From: Candidatus Iainarchaeum sp.
GTDB taxonomy: Archaea > Iainarchaeota > Iainarchaeia > Iainarchaeales > VGJJ01
Length of the DNA stretch: 21,044 nt
Assembly (NCBI GenBank): GCA_043803765.1
Contig: JAZDJQ010000008.1
Span: forward strand, 1-21,044
Direction: 5' to 3'
Part shown: positions 16,968 through 21,044 of the stretch, piece after piece
Layout: each line of letters begins with the position of its first letter
How positions within the stretch are numbered: position 1 is the first letter of the stretch
Notes under the pieces: generated by a model
Told to the model about the DNA's origin: nothing
What the model saw: the letters and a program-made list of their open reading frames with translations, nothing else
Database searches by the model: none
Made by a program: the position numbers and the translations under genes

Positions 16968-17663
16968 ATGGCATTCGATTTCGAGGAAATGCGGCGCATC
17001 TACCGGCTAGAGAAAAGTACGGCTCGTCTCGTGGATGTTCCGGAGGATTTTTTCACTCTTCTTCACACATTAGTTGAGGATGAGCGCAAAAAGTATTTTG
17101 ATTCTTTGAATGATTTGAATACGACTCGTGCGCGTGATTTTGGAAATTTGAAAAAGCTCGTAGATGAATGGTTTGTCGTGCGTGAAAAAAAATTACTGAA
17201 CACGGTTCTTGTTTCCGCACAATTAGGAGAAATGGATCTTGCGCATCTCACGGTAGAGGAAAAAAGACTCTTCACGCAATTGTATGATACTTTGCGTGCG
17301 CACCGAAACCTTACGCAGAGCATATTAGATGCGAATAGTGCATTTGTTGGGATGGTTTCTCTTCCTGTTGAAAACGAAACCATTTCTCTTTCAAATAATT
17401 CTTCTATTGCACACAATATTCCGCTTTCTAATTCATCTCCTCTTTCTCATTCCGCTTCTTCTCCTTCTTCCGCTCACTCTCAATCCGCTTCTTCTTCATC
17501 TTCTCTTGCTATTCTATCAGTGCGTATTCTATCTGAAATTCCTTCGTTCGTTGGAACGGATTTGAAAGAATATGGTCCTTACAAAACGGGAGAAGTCGTA
17601 TCGCTTCCTTCCAAGATTGCCCAATTATTTATTTCCCGCAAGTTAGGGGAGAGCGTTGTATAA
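16968..17663 (+). CDS. GINS complex subunit Gins15/Gins51 (A domain, linker, B domain)
   Basis: RLEK...L..VPEDFF, REKKLL and LTVEEKRLF, plus B domain VRILSEIPSFVGTDLKEYGPYKTGEVVSLP. Follows priS, as in the conserved archaeal cluster. Confidence 0.9.
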   Translation: MAFDFEEMRRIYRLEKSTARLVDVPEDFFTLLHTLVEDERKKYFDSLNDLNTTRARDFGNLKKLVDEWFVVREKKLLNTVLVSAQLGEMDLAHLTVEEKRLFTQLYDTLRAHRNLTQSILDANSAFVGMVSLPVENETISLSNNSSIAHNIPLSNSSPLSHSASSPSSAHSQSASSSSSLAILSVRILSEIPSFVGTDLKEYGPYKTGEVVSLPSKIAQLFISRKLGESVV

Positions 17664-17670
17664 CAAGGCG

Positions 17671-17677
17671 TTTATAA
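17671..17677 (+). promoter_or_regulatory. TATA box for aIF2-alpha
   Basis: TTTATAA ends 24 nt before ATG 17701. Confidence 0.55.
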
Positions 17678-17700
17678 TCGTTTGTCTTCCTTTCTTTTCC

Positions 17701-18588
17701 ATGTCTCCGGTTTCTCGTCGTCCATTTCAACACGATCGTTTTTCACGCAGTCGTTCGAGCGGATTCAAGGGAAACACGCATACTGTTTCAGCAGCGCCTA
17801 ATCTGCGCAACCAGCATGTAAAAAAATGGCCGCAGGTTGGAGAAATTGTTATTGCACGCATCGATAAAGTATTGGATTATGGTGTTTTTTGTGCGCTATT
17901 AGAATATGAGGGAGCAACGGGTTTTGTTCACATTTCCCAAGTCGAGAGTGCATGGATTAAGAATATCCGCAACCATGTCAAAGAAGGACAGTTGCGCGTT
18001 GCATTAGTACAAAAAGTGGATTTGGAAAAACTTCAAATCGACTTGTCATTAACCAAGGTTTCAGAGAGGCAGCAGCGATTGCGTATTGAAGAATACAAAC
18101 AACTTGAACGAAATAAGAAATTAGTTGAAGTGATGGCCAAAACGCTGAACAAGAGTCTAGGGGAAGGCTGGTCCATAGTAGCAGAACCCTTGATTAAAAT
18201 GTACGGTTCTCTTCCTCTGGCGTTTGAAGCCATTGCAATGGATGGTGCATCAGCAGCTGAAGGAATTGCTAAAGAATGGATTCCCATTCTCGTGGAAACG
18301 GTTCAAAAAAATGTTCGTCCTACTGAAAAAGAAGTGAAAGGAACACTATCCATTGCGTGCACGGCTCCTGACGGTGTTGAGCGTGTGAAGTCCGCTTTAT
18401 TGAGTGGGGCAAAAGGGGTGCATAACGCGAATGTGTGCTATTCTTATTTGGGTGCAGGAAAATATTTGGTAAAAGTTATTTCATTTGACTACAAATTAGC
18501 AGAGAAAGCCCTTGCTTCCGTTCAGGAAAAGGTTCAGAAAAACATTGGTTCTTTTGGCACGATGTCTTTTGTCCGGCAGGAGGCGTGA
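17701..18588 (+). CDS. eif2a: Translation initiation factor 2 subunit alpha (aIF2-alpha)
   Basis: WPQVGEIVIA, DYGVFCALLEY, GFVHISQV..WIKNIRNHVKEGQ, IDLSL, APDGVERVK, YLGAGKY and DYKLAEK. Confidence 0.95.
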   Translation: MSPVSRRPFQHDRFSRSRSSGFKGNTHTVSAAPNLRNQHVKKWPQVGEIVIARIDKVLDYGVFCALLEYEGATGFVHISQVESAWIKNIRNHVKEGQLRVALVQKVDLEKLQIDLSLTKVSERQQRLRIEEYKQLERNKKLVEVMAKTLNKSLGEGWSIVAEPLIKMYGSLPLAFEAIAMDGASAAEGIAKEWIPILVETVQKNVRPTEKEVKGTLSIACTAPDGVERVKSALLSGAKGVHNANVCYSYLGAGKYLVKVISFDYKLAEKALASVQEKVQKNIGSFGTMSFVRQEA

Positions 18589-18589
18589 G

Positions 18590-19360
18590 ATGTCTACTCA
18601 AGTTTTGTTATATGAAAAGCCTCCTTCTAAAGAAGGAATTGTATTCATCGGGCTTCCAGGAATAGGGTTAGTTGGAAAAATCGTGGTGGATTATTTGGTT
18701 AAGGAACTCAAGCCCAAGAAGATTGGGGATATTTTAAGTGATTCTTTTCCTCCTGCGGTTATTACCAAAGCAGGAATAGCGGATTTATTCAAAGACCATG
18801 TGTATTATCTCAAACAGGATGGAAAATCCTATTATTTTGTTGCCGGTCCTGTTATTCCTAATTGGGATCAGGGTGCTACCATCGTAGACCAGTATGATTT
18901 CTCCCGGACCCTTGTTGCGGCATTCAAAGAGTTGAAAATTAATTCCATTTGTACGATTGCCGGGCTGAATGTTGGAGAGGAGCGCATGAAAATAACACCG
19001 CATGTAATCGGAGCGGCTACGGACAAGGCTACATTAGAGCAATGGACAAAAAGAGGAATAAAACCCTCCGCGGAAGGAACCATTTTCGGTCATGCGGGGT
19101 TGTTATTAGGAATTGGGAAAATGCAGGGCATTCCCGGCGTATGTTTGATGGGAGAAACATCCGCCCGTTTAGTGTACGGTGACCCCGGTGCGTGCAAAGC
19201 AGTATTAGATTTGATTGCTAAAACGTTTGGTTTCAAACTCAAGATGGATAAAATGGATGCGGAAGCGAAAGAAATAGAAAAAGCATTCCAAAAACTATCC
19301 GAAACAATGCAAGCGGACGAGAAAGGGGACCATGGACTGCATCTTCCGTATGTGCGGTAA
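18590..19360 (+). CDS. PAC2-family proteasome assembly chaperone
   Basis: GLPGIGLVGKIVVDYL, SDSFPP, GTIFGHAGLLLG, CLMGET and DP. GGAGG RBS before ATG 18590. Usual neighbour of aIF2-alpha. Confidence 0.92.
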   Translation: MSTQVLLYEKPPSKEGIVFIGLPGIGLVGKIVVDYLVKELKPKKIGDILSDSFPPAVITKAGIADLFKDHVYYLKQDGKSYYFVAGPVIPNWDQGATIVDQYDFSRTLVAAFKELKINSICTIAGLNVGEERMKITPHVIGAATDKATLEQWTKRGIKPSAEGTIFGHAGLLLGIGKMQGIPGVCLMGETSARLVYGDPGACKAVLDLIAKTFGFKLKMDKMDAEAKEIEKAFQKLSETMQADEKGDHGLHLPYVR

Positions 19361-19391
19361 TGGTTAATAATCCCTTGATTTATTTTCAAGG

Positions 19392-20024
19392 ATGAGTCGA
19401 ACAAAACCAACTCCTCCTCATTCAACCCGTGCGATTCATGATTCGGGGTGGCGCAGAGTAGTGTATCGTGGCAGGAAACTGTTGTGGAAGATTCAATATC
19501 CTACTCATACGATGTCCATTCTTGGGCGCGACTACTCTGTTCCAATGGCCGTATGCGGGCTGAAACGATTTGGGTCCATTGATATGAATATTGCCGAATG
19601 GAAGAATTACACCCACTATTTCCAGCATGTTCCGCCTGCCTTTCGGAAGTATTTTGCTCCCATTCAAACTATTCGGCGCAGAAAAGGGAACGTATTCCTT
19701 GGAATGGAAGCGGTGCGGAATGATGATGGAACCATTTCCCAAAGTTTGGAGCATTTTGGGAAGGTACGCGACCCCGTATTTTGGAACCACTTTCATCGGC
19801 TGGTTGAATGGTTGATTAGCCGTGGAATTCCCTTCTTTGATATTCGATCCCCCAATTTTCTCGTGCAGAAAAAATCGGGGGGACTTATTCCCGTGCTTAT
19901 TGATTACAAGACGGCGAGTATGAACTACTACCTATTTCGACCTTGGTACCTTGTTCCTGCGCTCCGTGCAGATTTTATGCGAAAACGATTATTGTCATTG
20001 GAAAAGCAGTACTGGGAAATATGA
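19392..20024 (+). CDS. Hypothetical protein with protein-kinase-like fold (YrbL-like)
   Basis: G..R.VY, Lys in LWKI, N..EW..Y helix, V.N.DG.IS.SL, FDIRSPNFLVQ catalytic loop and VLIDYK. Confidence 0.65.
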   Translation: MSRTKPTPPHSTRAIHDSGWRRVVYRGRKLLWKIQYPTHTMSILGRDYSVPMAVCGLKRFGSIDMNIAEWKNYTHYFQHVPPAFRKYFAPIQTIRRRKGNVFLGMEAVRNDDGTISQSLEHFGKVRDPVFWNHFHRLVEWLISRGIPFFDIRSPNFLVQKKSGGLIPVLIDYKTASMNYYLFRPWYLVPALRADFMRKRLLSLEKQYWEI

Positions 20025-20036
20025 TTCTGATTAAAA

Positions 20037-20327
20037 TCAGACTAAAATTCCCAGTACGCTCAACACGAGCATTGCTCCTAATCCCGCGAGTCCAAATATG
20101 GCGCTCACAATCAACGATGGCCAGAAAGGCAGTTGCACATTAAACACGTATACTAAAATTCCCCATCCGAGTAATCCTAAAACCGTATTCACAATCACAT
20201 TCTTGAGAAAATATAACACGATTAGTGCTACGATGACGAATGCAATTCCTATTCCTAACCATCCCCAGTTTCCTAATAGGGAAGAATTAATCGTCTCCAT
20301 CGCCTGAAGAAAGAGTGTCATACTCAT
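20037..20327 (-). CDS. Small membrane protein, BofA-like
   Basis: Three hydrophobic segments with the pattern NTVLGLL...LP....IVSAIFGLAGL, resembling pro-sigmaK processing inhibitor BofA-family proteins. Confidence 0.65.
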   Translation of the reverse strand: MSMTLFLQAMETINSSLLGNWGWLGIGIAFVIVALIVLYFLKNVIVNTVLGLLGWGILVYVFNVQLPFWPSLIVSAIFGLAGLGAMLVLSVLGILV

Positions 20328-20402
20328 TTCCTAATTATTTTCCAATTAAAAACCCCCTTGTATCACTGCCCCTCATATAAAGCATTGGCACGTTTTCATA
20401 GT

Positions 20403-21044
20403 ATGGCATTGCAATTCACCGATATTCAAAAGACCATTTGCCAGTCCTTGTTAAACGGTCCCATGAGTTTGGAAACGATGGCGGAACGCACGCATCATAG
20501 CCAGACGGAATTACAAATAGAATTGAAGCATTTGATGCAACTCAAACTGGTTACTCTGGAGGGGGTTCCTCCATTATACATTCTAAAAGAAGAAGTGGTT
20601 CAAGAACTTAAACGGCGTAAGGGAATTGAAGCGGATGATGATAATCCATTCCGTGTTCGTATTCTTATCGAGGTGCAGGGAATAGAAGAAGAACTTGTTA
20701 AGCGCCAAGTTGACAAAATTATTGACAATTTACGGAAGGAGCCCTTTTTCAAAATCTATGCTTCCACGATTGAGCCGATTGAGAAAGTAGAAGACAAGTA
20801 TTCTACATTTGCCGATGTAAATTTGTCCGTGCGTGATTTTAGAGGCCTAGTACGATTGATGTTCTTCTACGGTCCTGCTTCTGTTGAAGTAATAAAACCC
20901 CAGAAGATTGTTTTTGAATTAGATGATTTCCAGAATGGACTTGTGGATATGACTGAAATGGTGCATGCCTATGCGGATTACATTATGGGATTGCTCAGCA
21001 GGAAAAAAGTAGAAGAGTTCAATGCCCAATTCTATCAAGGAATG
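20403..21044 (+). CDS. Hypothetical protein: N-terminal winged-HTH-like region plus conserved archaeal domain (3'-truncated by window edge)
   Basis: Not in the ORF track. Open for 214 codons from ATG 20403: MALQFTDIQKTICQSLLNGPMSLETMAERT...LKHLMQLKLV...RVRILIEVQG...YSTFADVNL...FFYGPASVEVIKP...MVHAY. Confidence 0.85.
   Translation, partial: MALQFTDIQKTICQSLLNGPMSLETMAERTHHSQTELQIELKHLMQLKLVTLEGVPPLYILKEEVVQELKRRKGIEADDDNPFRVRILIEVQGIEEELVKRQVDKIIDNLRKEPFFKIYASTIEPIEKVEDKYSTFADVNLSVRDFRGLVRLMFFYGPASVEVIKPQKIVFELDDFQNGLVDMTEMVHAYADYIMGLLSRKKVEEFNAQFYQGM

Noticed and set aside
19346-19360. HbYX proteasome-activating motif at the PAC2 C-terminus
   Set aside because: The protein ends LPYVR, with Tyr third from last rather than penultimate, so it is not a strict HbYX.

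Overview
Archaeal core-genome window, probably DPANN. Separate, full-length PriS and PriL rather than a fused primase would fit Iainarchaeota/Micrarchaeota-like lineages (inference). In order: the 3' end of a DDE transposase with a probable IS terminal repeat, a UPF0173-type metallo-beta-lactamase-fold hydrolase, RNase Z, LonB protease, DUF373, an SPFH/band-7 protein, a SpoIIM/DUF95 protein, csl4, rpoL, signal peptidase I, two divergent PCNA paralogs flanking a DUF2238-like membrane gene, priL, a SERCA-like P-type ATPase, priS, GINS (Gins15/51), aIF2-alpha, a PAC2-family protein, a YrbL-like kinase-fold ORF, a BofA-like membrane protein, and a wHTH-fusion ORF running off the end. The standout feature is lonB. 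It is encoded as two overlapping ORFs broken inside a mini-intein, with a 142-aa IntN on the first ORF and a 40-aa IntC on the second, which has its own SD-preceded ATG. This is a candidate naturally split, trans-splicing intein in an archaeal Lon protease. A simple indel or a recoding frameshift cannot be excluded from this sequence alone.
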